From NCBI GenBank assembly GCA_002694885.1, contig NZNM01000056.1, positions 6,462 through 70,461 on the forward strand: DNA of 64,000 bases. Direction: 5' to 3'. Under the pieces are notes generated by a model, which was not told the origin of the DNA, did no database searches, and worked only from the letters and a program-made list of their open reading frames with translations. Numbering within the stretch: position 1 is the stretch's first letter; each line of letters starts with the position of its first letter. Made by a program: the position numbers and the translations under genes. Shown piece by piece: positions 28,280 through 37,423 of this stretch. Source of the stretch: Opitutaceae bacterium (GTDB lineage: Bacteria; Verrucomicrobiota; Verrucomicrobiia; Opitutales; Opitutaceae).

Positions 28280-30334
28280 ATGAATAGTAAAAGATTAAGG
28301 TCTATAACTACGACTGCGTTTTTCATGGCAGTTTGTTCGAATTTGCATGGGCAACAAGGCGATCCTGTAAAGTTGGATGACTTGGTTGTTGTCGGCGAGT
28401 ACCTGCAGTCGAATCAGGTAAATGCACTTAAGACTCCGACTCCAATTAACGAAGTTCCACAAAGCTTAGTAATATTGACGTCTGATTATATGTCACTTCA
28501 GGATATGACAGGGATGGCTGACATCGCTGATTACACCCCGGGCATTGATGCGGGACAGGGTGAAGGTCACCGAGATGACATTCTGTTCAGAGGCGTAAAA
28601 TCAACAGCTGATTTTTTCGTGGATGGCGTTCGAGACGATGTGCAATACTTCAGGCCATTGTATAATATTGAACAGGTCGAAGTGCTTAAAGGTGCTAACG
28701 CTCTTTTCTTTGGCCGCGGTGGAACAGGAGGTCTTATAAACAGAGTTACAAAGAAAGCTATCGTAGGTGAGGAATTTACTAATTACTCCCTTTCGCTGGA
28801 TGATTTAGGCGAAACTTACGCAGGGCTGGATACCAACCTATCGCTTGGTTTGAATGGAGCTTTTCGAATGAATGCCTATATCGAGGACCTTGAAAACCAT
28901 CGTGATTTCTACTTCGGGGACAACAAGGGCATAAACCCAACGTTCAATTTTGATTTGAGTGAAACCACAAATGTAAACATCTCATACGAGCACCTAGACC
29001 ATAAGCGTTTCATTGATCGAGGCATACCATCCGCTTCCGGAGTGCCCGTAAAAGCACTAGCTGATATAACTTTTGGGGATAAAGATGAAAATTATTCAGC
29101 TCTGGATGCGAATATTCTTAGTTTGACTGTCGATCAACAGCTGGATGACGAAACTAAACTCCGCTTTGGATTCACAGATAACGATTTTTCGAAACTGTAC
29201 CAAAATCTATATGCCAGTAGCTATGATTCCACAGCTAACACCGTAACCTTAGCTGGTTATCGTGATACGACTGATAGAAGTAGTAACATTCTCTCCCTAG
29301 ATCTAATCGGTGAGAAAGAGGTAGGTGGAATCGGTCACAAGTTCGTTGTGGGATTTGAGAAGATAGGTACGGACAACGACAATGATCGTTTTTACATGGA
29401 TACGGATAACCTGGATAACAATTCCAAGGGTGAAAAAATTACTGTACCGATTGCTGATCAGTTAGTCATACCAAATTTTAACTTCACGACAGAGAAATAC
29501 GACGAAACGGAAGCTGATCTCAATGTGAGGTCAATTTACTTTAGCGACGAAATCGATTTATCTGACCAATTCAGTATGGTTTTGGGTGGAAGGTTTGATG
29601 ATTTTGACCTTTCGGTTGTGGATGTTTATGGTAACTCGGGGGGCAGTGCATCAAAGGTAGATGAGGAGTTTTCGCCTCGCTTTGGCCTCGTATTTAAGCC
29701 CCAAGCAAACTTGTCAGTGTACGGTAGTTATAGCGAGTCGTTCATTCCGAAAAGCGGCGGGCAGTATGCTGATTTGAAAGGCAGCAAAAAGCAGAAGACT
29801 GATCCAGATGTGTATGAAAACAAGGAATTTGGGGTAAAGTATGAACTGGACAATGGACTTAGTCTGACTGCTGCATTATACGACTCCACTGCGGTTAAGC
29901 CGACGGGATCAGTTGCTGATGGAGATTACGCAGTAACCGAAACATCTACAAAGGGTTTTGAGATTACAGCGACTGGAAATGTTACAGAAAGCTGGTTTAT
30001 CTCAGCAGGAGCTAACGTAGTAAACGGAACCGTTCCAGCAGAAGTTGCGGAAAACAGTTACTCTGTCTGGAACCTATTCAAAGTCAGCGATCAATTCAGC
30101 TTGGGACTAGGTTATATTAGCAAGGGCGATACTGTGGGTAAAGGTAGTACAAAGCTACCATCTTACAATCGTTTGGATGTTTCAGCTTATTATACGGTTA
30201 ATGAGTATATGCGGCTCCAGTTGAATGTGGAAAACGCTACAGACGAGCTGTATTTCCCTCACTCTTACGGAAGTGGTCAAGTAACAGTCGGTGCCCCTGT
30301 TCATGCGACTCTAAGGCTGTCTGGTCGTTTCTGA
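28280..30334 (+). CDS. TonB-dependent siderophore receptor (Fiu/PiuA-like)
   Basis: Signal peptide, TonB-box-like DDLVVVG, plug motifs FRG...FFVDGVRD and IEQVEVLKGANALFFGRGGTGGLINRVTK; C-terminal LSGRF. Confidence 0.92.
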   Translation: MNSKRLRSITTTAFFMAVCSNLHGQQGDPVKLDDLVVVGEYLQSNQVNALKTPTPINEVPQSLVILTSDYMSLQDMTGMADIADYTPGIDAGQGEGHRDDILFRGVKSTADFFVDGVRDDVQYFRPLYNIEQVEVLKGANALFFGRGGTGGLINRVTKKAIVGEEFTNYSLSLDDLGETYAGLDTNLSLGLNGAFRMNAYIEDLENHRDFYFGDNKGINPTFNFDLSETTNVNISYEHLDHKRFIDRGIPSASGVPVKALADITFGDKDENYSALDANILSLTVDQQLDDETKLRFGFTDNDFSKLYQNLYASSYDSTANTVTLAGYRDTTDRSSNILSLDLIGEKEVGGIGHKFVVGFEKIGTDNDNDRFYMDTDNLDNNSKGEKITVPIADQLVIPNFNFTTEKYDETEADLNVRSIYFSDEIDLSDQFSMVLGGRFDDFDLSVVDVYGNSGGSASKVDEEFSPRFGLVFKPQANLSVYGSYSESFIPKSGGQYADLKGSKKQKTDPDVYENKEFGVKYELDNGLSLTAALYDSTAVKPTGSVADGDYAVTETSTKGFEITATGNVTESWFISAGANVVNGTVPAEVAENSYSVWNLFKVSDQFSLGLGYISKGDTVGKGSTKLPSYNRLDVSAYYTVNEYMRLQLNVENATDELYFPHSYGSGQVTVGAPVHATLRLSGRF

Positions 30335-30383
30335 TTATTTAGTTTTTAAACGATAAGGTTCGTTTTTTCATGGATAGGTCAAT

Positions 30384-30413
30384 CGGGCTATGCTGAGGCA
30401 TAGCCCGTTTTTT
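30384..30413 (+). terminator. Rho-independent terminator
   Basis: CGGGCTATGC TGAG GCATAGCCCG TTTTTT. Confidence 0.9.
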
Positions 30414-30631
30414 ATTAGTATGAATATTTAATCGTTTAAGAGAAACTAAAGAGTCAGCAAATATAGTGAATAGTTGTGCTTTGAAAGTGTATCATACCGA
30501 AAGAACTTAATGTATTCTGACCAGTGCTAATCTAAGTCGTGTTTATTGGCTAAAGAAAATAAATCCTTTTAGGAGTATGCTTTTTTCTTCTTGGAGTGGA
30601 AAAGACCGAATTCATACGGTAGACTGTTGCG

Positions 30632-30940
30632 ATGGTTGAACATTTTAGTGCAATACGATGCGAAATATTAGCTCCAGATGATCACGCACTGGTCGATATC
30701 GGAAAAATCGCTAAAACCTGTGCAATAGATCTTGGTATCAATGTTCCACTAATTTTGATTGGATCTCATCAGATAAGTCGAGAGACCGAATCGGCTATAT
30801 CGTTAAAAATACCTAAGGAAATAGCTATTTTAAATGATGGGATATGGAAGCTAGCTAGTCGGATTGCCTGCTTCTGCCCGGAAATACGAGTATCTACTCA
30901 GATATATAGCCAAAGCAACTTTAGCTCAATTCAGCTATGA
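30632..30940 (+). CDS. Hypothetical protein, 102 aa
   Basis: ORF overlaps the next gene by ATGA (30937-30940), implying translational coupling. Confidence 0.55.
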   Translation: MVEHFSAIRCEILAPDDHALVDIGKIAKTCAIDLGINVPLILIGSHQISRETESAISLKIPKEIAILNDGIWKLASRIACFCPEIRVSTQIYSQSNFSSIQL

Positions 30941-31797
30941 ACAGAATTCCGCGAGAAGATTTTCGGAAAACAGAACCTATTAGTCGTGATTGCAGGGGAT
31001 TGATTATCGCGACTAACGATGAAGGTTTAATCGCTTTGAAGCCAGATTTTGTCGAACTGTTCAGTCAATTAACATCTTTGCCTGAATACTATTTACAAAC
31101 TCGCCATGCGTACACCACCTTAATAGCTAGAAGGCGTCATGTAGAGTTACGAAGTATCAAAAATACGAATCTAATTTCAGACTGCGAAGAAAGTATCCAG
31201 TTGGATAGGACAAGTAGTCATCGTATGTATGCTCACGTCTCTCGCTGTGAATGCTGCGGGTCCCCAGGCCGCATTGAAGTTCGAAATAAGCACAATTTAG
31301 AGGTATTACAGATTTGTTGTCCTCCTATAGTGAAAGCTATAGACTGGGGTAAGATTATAGCACTTTCTTCGATGGAAGAAGGAGTGAGCCACTTCAGAAG
31401 TGATAGGGAGCATTATCCATTCATTCCAAAATCGGCTAAGAAAATTTCTAGTCATCCTTCGAAAATAACGAAATTCTTTGAATTTCTTCGTGAGCGATCA
31501 ATTGCGTTTGTTGCGACTTTAGAAACGGATGGAGTTATTCATAGAGAGAAAATTCTAGCGGAAAGAATTGAATGTAGTGATGAGATTCTGATTGTTAAAG
31601 GTACCTCGCAGACACTGCGCCTAGACTTGGCTGCCGCACTTTCCCTGTTCTCGTTGGATGTCGACGGTTCAAACACAATCTACGTTGCTGGAGATCAAAA
31701 TGTTCAGCTCTTATCAATTAAGGTTATCTCGTCTGCCAAAACTAAAAAATATTTGCCGATTTGGACTAACTTTTTTGGCGAAGATAAAGTGCGATAG
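30937..31797 (+). CDS. Divergent HemS/ChuS/ChuX-like (hemin-degrading fold) protein with a CECC motif
   Basis: Two halves resemble HemS repeats (LKPDFVELF..L..L....LQTRH; FFEFLRERSIAF..TLETDGVIH); located downstream of an iron receptor. Confidence 0.55.
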   Translation: MNRIPREDFRKTEPISRDCRGLIIATNDEGLIALKPDFVELFSQLTSLPEYYLQTRHAYTTLIARRRHVELRSIKNTNLISDCEESIQLDRTSSHRMYAHVSRCECCGSPGRIEVRNKHNLEVLQICCPPIVKAIDWGKIIALSSMEEGVSHFRSDREHYPFIPKSAKKISSHPSKITKFFEFLRERSIAFVATLETDGVIHREKILAERIECSDEILIVKGTSQTLRLDLAAALSLFSLDVDGSNTIYVAGDQNVQLLSIKVISSAKTKKYLPIWTNFFGEDKVR

Positions 31798-31798
31798 A

Positions 31799-31960
31799 AT
31801 GAATAAAAAGGATAAAAATTACGGCGCTACTACTAGCCCATTTTTACCTCGATTGGTTTTGTCGGATCGTCACAACGAAATAGTTAGATCGATCGTTGGC
31901 GTATTAGGTCCGCTTTTATTATTGCTGATATTTGTTATGACTATTAAAATGAATAGCTAA
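31799..31960 (+). CDS. Small single-pass membrane protein, 53 aa
   Basis: ATG 1 nt after the upstream stop; hydrophobic IVGVLGPLLLLLIFVMTI. Confidence 0.45.
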   Translation: MNKKDKNYGATTSPFLPRLVLSDRHNEIVRSIVGVLGPLLLLLIFVMTIKMNS

Positions 31961-32241
31961 TGATTTAGGCGTAAAACTTAGTAAAAAGTACGCAAATCTG
32001 TAGGCTTTAGTTTCTCAATATACCTCTTACTGAATTCGTTTATTACTCACCAAATAGCTGAAATACACAATTTTCATTAATCACTTTCCTCTGGGGATTA
32101 TGTAACTAGTTTATTTCACTTTCTAGATTGGAGATAGTGCAACTCATCGTCTTTATTTTACAGGTTTCTTTAATTGAAAAATGTGAGAAAAATAGTTTAT
32201 CGATTGTAGTAAGGGTTGTAGTGGTTATTTCTTAGCTCAAT

Positions 32242-33681
32242 TTGAAGGCTCTAAATACTCTTTTCATCCTCTCCGACGAGCATCGACGGGATGCCAGTGG
32301 CTGCTATGGTCACCCGCTGGTCAAAACGCCCAACATCGATAAGCTAGCATCGGAGGGTACGCTCTTTGAAAGTGCCTATACGAATTCCCCGATTTGCATT
32401 CCCGCTCGGGCGGCCCTGCAAACAGGAAGGTACGTGCATAAAACAAGAAATTGGTGCAATGGGAATTCATATCGCGGTCAAATCGAAGGCTGGGGGCATC
32501 ATTTGAAGTGGGCAGGCCATGAAGTCGTATCGATTGGAAAACTACATTTTAGGTCCTCTGACGACGATAATGGTTTCACCGAAGAGATTCTGCCATTGCA
32601 CGTGGTTGATGGGCTGGGTGATCTTCGGAGCTGCTTGAGGAAGCTGCGTCCGCCGCGAGATCGGCTCCATTTGATGTCAGAGAACATCGGGGCCGGCGAG
32701 ACTGATTACCAAAGATACGATCGCAGCATCGCGAATGCGGCCTGCGAGTGGATCCGAAAAAAAGCTGCTGATACTTCCGGCAAGCCGTGGACGCTCTTCG
32801 TTTCCTTCGTTTGCCCCCACTTTCCACTCATTGCCCCGGAAGAATTCTACAAAATGTACGATCCCAACGAAGTGGCGCTTCCCAAGCGCTTTGGCGATGA
32901 TGGCGGGTATCGAAACCCAGCCATGAGGGGGCTGCATGAGTATCAGAATTTCGATGAGTATTTCGACGAACGCTCAACGCGAATCGCCATTGCCAGCTAT
33001 TATGGGCTAGTGAGCTTTGTGGATAGCCTGATCGGGCAGGTGCGCGAGGCACTCGAGGATTCGGGATTAGCGGATGCAACGCGGATCATTTATACTAGCG
33101 ACCACGGCGACAATCTTGGGGATAACGGGTTTTGGGGGAAGTCGACGCTATACGAAGAATCCGCAGGGCTTCCATTGGTAATGGCGGGACCTGATATTCC
33201 CGTTGGTAAACGCGTATCCACTCCAACAACACTCGTTGATCTAGCGCCTACGTTTTTGGAATTCAACGGCGAGTCTCTGACCGATGAGGAGAAGTCCGAG
33301 CTGCCTGGAACGAACTTGCTCGACTTGGCCAATGGAGCGGATCCCGATCGTGTCGCTTTTTCCGAATATCATGCCATCGGATCCATTACGGGCGCTTTCA
33401 TGATCCGGTACCGGAACTGGAAATACATCCACCACGTGGACTACCCATGCCAGCTGTTCGACTTGGAAGCGGATCCAGAGGAGCTAAACGATCTGGGTGA
33501 GGATCCTGGTTTCGAAGCGACGCGATCCATGCTGCATGGCAAACTCTTGGAGATTTGCGATCCGGGTGAAGTGAACCGCCAAGCCTTTGCTGATCAAGCA
33601 GCCCGAGTGGAAGCCAATGGCGGCATAGAAGCCGTGCTCAAGCGCTCGTCGATTCCCTATACGCCGGCACCGGTAGAGTAG
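32242..33681 (+). CDS. Sulfatase S1 family, choline-sulfatase-like, no signal peptide
   Basis: LSDEH, SPICIPARAALQTGR (CxPxR), SIGKLH, TSDHG. Confidence 0.93.
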   Translation: MKALNTLFILSDEHRRDASGCYGHPLVKTPNIDKLASEGTLFESAYTNSPICIPARAALQTGRYVHKTRNWCNGNSYRGQIEGWGHHLKWAGHEVVSIGKLHFRSSDDDNGFTEEILPLHVVDGLGDLRSCLRKLRPPRDRLHLMSENIGAGETDYQRYDRSIANAACEWIRKKAADTSGKPWTLFVSFVCPHFPLIAPEEFYKMYDPNEVALPKRFGDDGGYRNPAMRGLHEYQNFDEYFDERSTRIAIASYYGLVSFVDSLIGQVREALEDSGLADATRIIYTSDHGDNLGDNGFWGKSTLYEESAGLPLVMAGPDIPVGKRVSTPTTLVDLAPTFLEFNGESLTDEEKSELPGTNLLDLANGADPDRVAFSEYHAIGSITGAFMIRYRNWKYIHHVDYPCQLFDLEADPEELNDLGEDPGFEATRSMLHGKLLEICDPGEVNRQAFADQAARVEANGGIEAVLKRSSIPYTPAPVE

Positions 33682-33695
33682 ATAGCTTGTCCTGG

Positions 33696-33720
33696 GTAGG
33701 GAGGACTGGCACAGTCCTCC
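33696..33720 (+). repeat. GTAG-capped REP hairpin, family GTAGGGAGGAC
   Basis: GTAG GGAGGACTG GCA CAGTCCTCC. Confidence 0.8.
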
Positions 33721-33813
33721 AAAAGTTTTGGCCAGCTTCCCCGTCCTCCCGTCACTCATTGATCGAAAACGATCCAGTTGACAAAAGTAAGAAGTCAAAG
33801 TAAGACATAGGAC

Positions 33814-34071
33814 ATGATAAAGTCGGTGTCAGTCAAGGGGCAGCTGGTATTGCCCAGCAAATTGCGGCGCAAGTACGGCATTGCGGCCGGAACGGCTGTG
33901 AGCATTCTCGATACGGGCAGCGGCATACTTATCGAGCCGGTGAAAGGGCGTTCCTCCAAGCGCGAGATCGTCTCGGAGAGCAAGATCGACGGGGGTCCTG
34001 TAGTGGCCTTCGAGCGCAAGCGTACGCTTACTTCCGAACACGTATCCAAGTTATTGGAGGAAACGTTTTGA
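33814..34071 (+). CDS. AbrB/MazE/SpoVT-family antitoxin (VapB-type)
   Basis: VSVKGQLVLPSKLRRKYGIAAGTAV swapped-hairpin signature; directly upstream of a PIN toxin. Confidence 0.9.
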   Translation: MIKSVSVKGQLVLPSKLRRKYGIAAGTAVSILDTGSGILIEPVKGRSSKREIVSESKIDGGPVVAFERKRTLTSEHVSKLLEETF

Positions 34072-34457
34072 GCTACTTGTTGGACGTGAATGCTCTGATC
34101 GCTGGCGTATACCAGGATCACGAGCACCACACAATCATGCGATCATGGTTGAACGCCAATGGGGAGCAGTTTCTTTGCGTGGCGCCGGTTGTCTTGACGG
34201 GATGCCTACGGGTGCTGATGGCAGTTTCAGGTGAGCGGACAACCGCCCGTCTGGTGAAGGCTATCACCGCTTTCAAGCAGTTCTACGCCATTGAAACGGT
34301 TGAAGATGATATCGAGCTCGATCAGTTGGGCAAGTGGGTCGCGGGTCCGAAGCAGGTGACAGATGCCCATCTGCTGGCGATTGCGGGCAAGCATGGATTG
34401 AAACTTGTGACTTTTGACAAGCGGATGCCGAGAAAAGGCGTTTTGCGCTTGGGATAG
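34068..34457 (+). CDS. vapC: PIN-domain VapC family toxin
   Basis: LLDVNALIA, QVTDAHLLAIA, LVTFDK; TTGA overlap with the antitoxin stop. Confidence 0.9.
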   Translation: MSYLLDVNALIAGVYQDHEHHTIMRSWLNANGEQFLCVAPVVLTGCLRVLMAVSGERTTARLVKAITAFKQFYAIETVEDDIELDQLGKWVAGPKQVTDAHLLAIAGKHGLKLVTFDKRMPRKGVLRLG

Positions 34458-34546
34458 CGGCGACTGGCAGTAGCCCTATCGTCGATCTCGGACCGGCTCG
34501 CCATTCTTTTTGGCGGATGGTATAAATCGTACGTAGAGTTTGAGTC

Positions 34547-35701
34547 CTATCGGTCTTTCAGAGCGTTGATCGCTTCGGGCAGCGATAGCGCTTCTACTTT
34601 ATCGCTTAGCGGGTAGCGTTTTCCGGTTGGATAAACCACATATAGCCGCTCTAGACGAAGATCTTCGATAGCTATCGCCATGGACTTCGTTAGTCTAGGG
34701 GCGTCAGCGTACTTGAATTCGAATCCGTACCGCTGTCCCTTCCTTAGTATAAGAAGGTCGAGCTCGGCTCCTGCGTGAGTGGCCCAGAAATAGGCATTTC
34801 GTTCTGCCTTGTTTGAACGGATGATCGTCTCGAGGGCGAAACCCTCCCAACTTGCTCCTAATTTAGGGTGGGATTGAAGGTCGGAGAAAGCCTGCATTCC
34901 TAAAAGAGCGTGGAGGATCCCGGTATCTCGGATGTAGGCTTTGGGCGATTTGACGATGCGTTTGCCAAGGTTTTCAAACCATGGCGGCAGGAGCCTAACC
35001 ATAAAGGCACCTGATAGAATATCCACGTAGTGGCGGATCGTTTTATTGCTCAGCCCTAGCGAGCGCGAAATCTCCGAGGCGTTCCACGCGCTTCCTTGAT
35101 AGTGGGACAGCATGGTCCAGAAACGTCGCAATTGTTCGCTAGGAATTCGGATTCCCAGTTGGGGCAAGTCGCGTTCGAGAAAGGTCGCGATGAAATCGTC
35201 GAGCCATTTAAAGGCCAATTCGTCGCTCTTTTTCAGAAATGCCTCGGGAAATCCTCCCCGTAGCCACAGGTCCTGTTGATTGTCGTATCCGACTTCGTCG
35301 AGACTGAATCCGGAAATGTCGACGAAATGTACACGGCCCGCTAGCGATTCGGACACGCCTTTCACGATTTCCGGTGAAGCGCTTCCTAAGATAAGAAATT
35401 TCGCGGGAAGGGGATCCCTGTCGGCCAGAACGCGTATCGTTTGGAAGAGCTCTGGTTTTCTCTGGATTTCATCGATCACCACCAGTCCCTCAAGACCTTC
35501 GAGAGCCAGCATGGGTTCAGCAAGTCGGGCCAGATCCCTCGGATCTTCCAGATCAAAACTCGCAGTAGGACCGTCAACCGTTCGTATGAAATTTCGGGCA
35601 AGTGTGGTCTTGCCGCATTGACGAGGCCCCAGAAGCGATACGACGCGATTCGAAGCGAGACCCCGCTCGATTTCATTTAAATATGAATCCCTAGAGATCA
35701 T
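34547..35701 (-). CDS. AAA+ ATPase with DUF4143 domain
   Basis: Walker A GPRQCGKTT, Walker B VIDEIQ, LGSAS, SPKAYIRDTG, and AELDLL..GFEFK nuclease-like tail. Confidence 0.92.
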   Translation of the reverse strand: MISRDSYLNEIERGLASNRVVSLLGPRQCGKTTLARNFIRTVDGPTASFDLEDPRDLARLAEPMLALEGLEGLVVIDEIQRKPELFQTIRVLADRDPLPAKFLILGSASPEIVKGVSESLAGRVHFVDISGFSLDEVGYDNQQDLWLRGGFPEAFLKKSDELAFKWLDDFIATFLERDLPQLGIRIPSEQLRRFWTMLSHYQGSAWNASEISRSLGLSNKTIRHYVDILSGAFMVRLLPPWFENLGKRIVKSPKAYIRDTGILHALLGMQAFSDLQSHPKLGASWEGFALETIIRSNKAERNAYFWATHAGAELDLLILRKGQRYGFEFKYADAPRLTKSMAIAIEDLRLERLYVVYPTGKRYPLSDKVEALSLPEAINALKDR

Positions 35702-35925
35702 AAAAGTCATAGAAATTTGGGATATCAATTCCCAAATATCAAGGATAAAAGACCCTATTTAAAGTGATTAACACATCCGAAAATAGACCTAGTTAATTTT
35801 TGCTGGGAAATCGTTTCATTCCGTAGATGGATTGTGTAACTGCGAGATCTAGCGTTGGAATCGGTTTGGAAACGATCCGATCCGTAGTACAGGACACCCC
35901 GAGACCGAGCTCAGTTCGACAAGTA

Positions 35926-37350
35926 TCAAGCGAGAATCCCCTCAATCAAATGCCCGTGAACATCGGTGAGGCGGAAGTCGCGGCCTTGAAAGCGGTACGT
36001 GAGGCGCTGGTGGTCGATGCCTAGCAAGTGAAGCATGGTGGCGTGCAGATCGTGCACGGCAGTCGGGTTTTCTTGGGCCGCGTATCCAAAATCGTCGGTC
36101 GCTCCGTAGACGGTGCCTCCATTGATTCCACCTCCCGCTAGGAATATAGAGAAGCCTTTGATGTGGTGGTCACGTCCATCGGCACTAGCTCCTTGGCTCA
36201 TCGGTGTGCGGCCGAACTCGCCACCCCAGACAATAAGCGTTTCATCCAGCATCCCCCGCATTTTGAGATCCTTGATCAGGGCTGCGGTGGGCTTATCGAC
36301 CAGTTCTGATACGGCTGTGAAATTCTTCTTTAGGCTTCCGTGGTGATCCCATCCGCGATGGTAGAGCTGGATGAAGCGCACGCCTCGTTCAGCTAGCCGT
36401 CGGGCCATAAGGCAATTGGAGGCGTAGGTGCCATCGCCGGGCTCGCAGCCATAGAGTTCGAGAACGTTTTCGGGTTCACCTGAAAAGTCGGTTAACTCCG
36501 GGACGGACGCCTGCATTTCGTAGGCAAGCTCGTACTGGGCGATTCGGGTGGCGATCTCAGGATCATGCTGCCGGGATGATAGCTGCGTATTCAAGGAATT
36601 GATCGTCTCCACCAGATCCCCCTGCGACTCACGGCTGATTCCATCGGGATTGCCTACGTAATAGACCGTATCCCCTTGAGAGCGCAGTTCCACGCCTTGG
36701 TGCTTGCTGGGAAGAAATCCATTGTGCCATTGGCGGGCGGAGATGGGCTGGGCTTGGCCGCCGCCTTCGGAAGTTAGCACCACGTATCCCGGAAGATCGT
36801 CGGAAAGACTACCAAGACCATAATTAGTCCAAGCTCCCATACTGGGCCGACCGGGAATGATGGACCCCGTATTCATGAAGGTGTGAGCCGGATCGTGATT
36901 GATCTGTTCCGTATACATCGAGCGAATGACCGCGATCTCATCGGCCAGGGCGGCGATGTGGGGAAAGCGGTCGCTAATCATCATCCCATTTTTCCCGTGG
37001 CGGGAGAATGGGAAGGTGGGCCCTTTCACCTTGAGTTCCGCTCCTTGGAGCTGAGCGATCTGCTCGCCTTTGGTGAAGGACTCGGGCATGGCCTTCCCAT
37101 CATTCTCTTCCAGCACAGGCTTGTAGTCGAAGGTTTCCAGGTGCGAGGGCCCGCCGGCCATACAAAGGTGGATGACCCGCTTAACTTTGGCAGGATAATG
37201 GAGGCCTTCGAAGCTCGCTGCGCCGTTGCCATCGCCGATCTTGTCGCTCGCCATAAGGTCGCCCAAAGCGAATACTCCAAGACTGGATAATGACTGTTTG
37301 AGAAAGGAGCGACGGTTGACGTCTTTGATGTATGGTGAAAGTGGATGCAT
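35926..37350 (-). CDS. DUF1501 domain protein with a Tat signal
   Basis: NRRSFLKQ; GGPSHLETFDYKP, GRPSMGAW, GWDHH, GGEFGRTP, RLTDVHG. Confidence 0.93.
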   Translation of the reverse strand: MHPLSPYIKDVNRRSFLKQSLSSLGVFALGDLMASDKIGDGNGAASFEGLHYPAKVKRVIHLCMAGGPSHLETFDYKPVLEENDGKAMPESFTKGEQIAQLQGAELKVKGPTFPFSRHGKNGMMISDRFPHIAALADEIAVIRSMYTEQINHDPAHTFMNTGSIIPGRPSMGAWTNYGLGSLSDDLPGYVVLTSEGGGQAQPISARQWHNGFLPSKHQGVELRSQGDTVYYVGNPDGISRESQGDLVETINSLNTQLSSRQHDPEIATRIAQYELAYEMQASVPELTDFSGEPENVLELYGCEPGDGTYASNCLMARRLAERGVRFIQLYHRGWDHHGSLKKNFTAVSELVDKPTAALIKDLKMRGMLDETLIVWGGEFGRTPMSQGASADGRDHHIKGFSIFLAGGGINGGTVYGATDDFGYAAQENPTAVHDLHATMLHLLGIDHQRLTYRFQGRDFRLTDVHGHLIEGILA

Positions 37351-37354
37351 CGTG

Positions 37355-37381
37355 GTTAAGGATGAAGGATGAGGGATGAAA
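37355..37381 (+). repeat. Degenerate GGATGAA heptamer tract (also at 47589-47627, 52612-52655, 61395-61426)
   Basis: GTTAAGGATGAAGGATGAGGGATGAA; all four tracts start with TTAAGG and are intergenic. Confidence 0.7.
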
Positions 37382-37423
37382 AGATTGGCTAGTTGCGAAA
37401 CGCCAATGGCTAAAAGCTAGATC

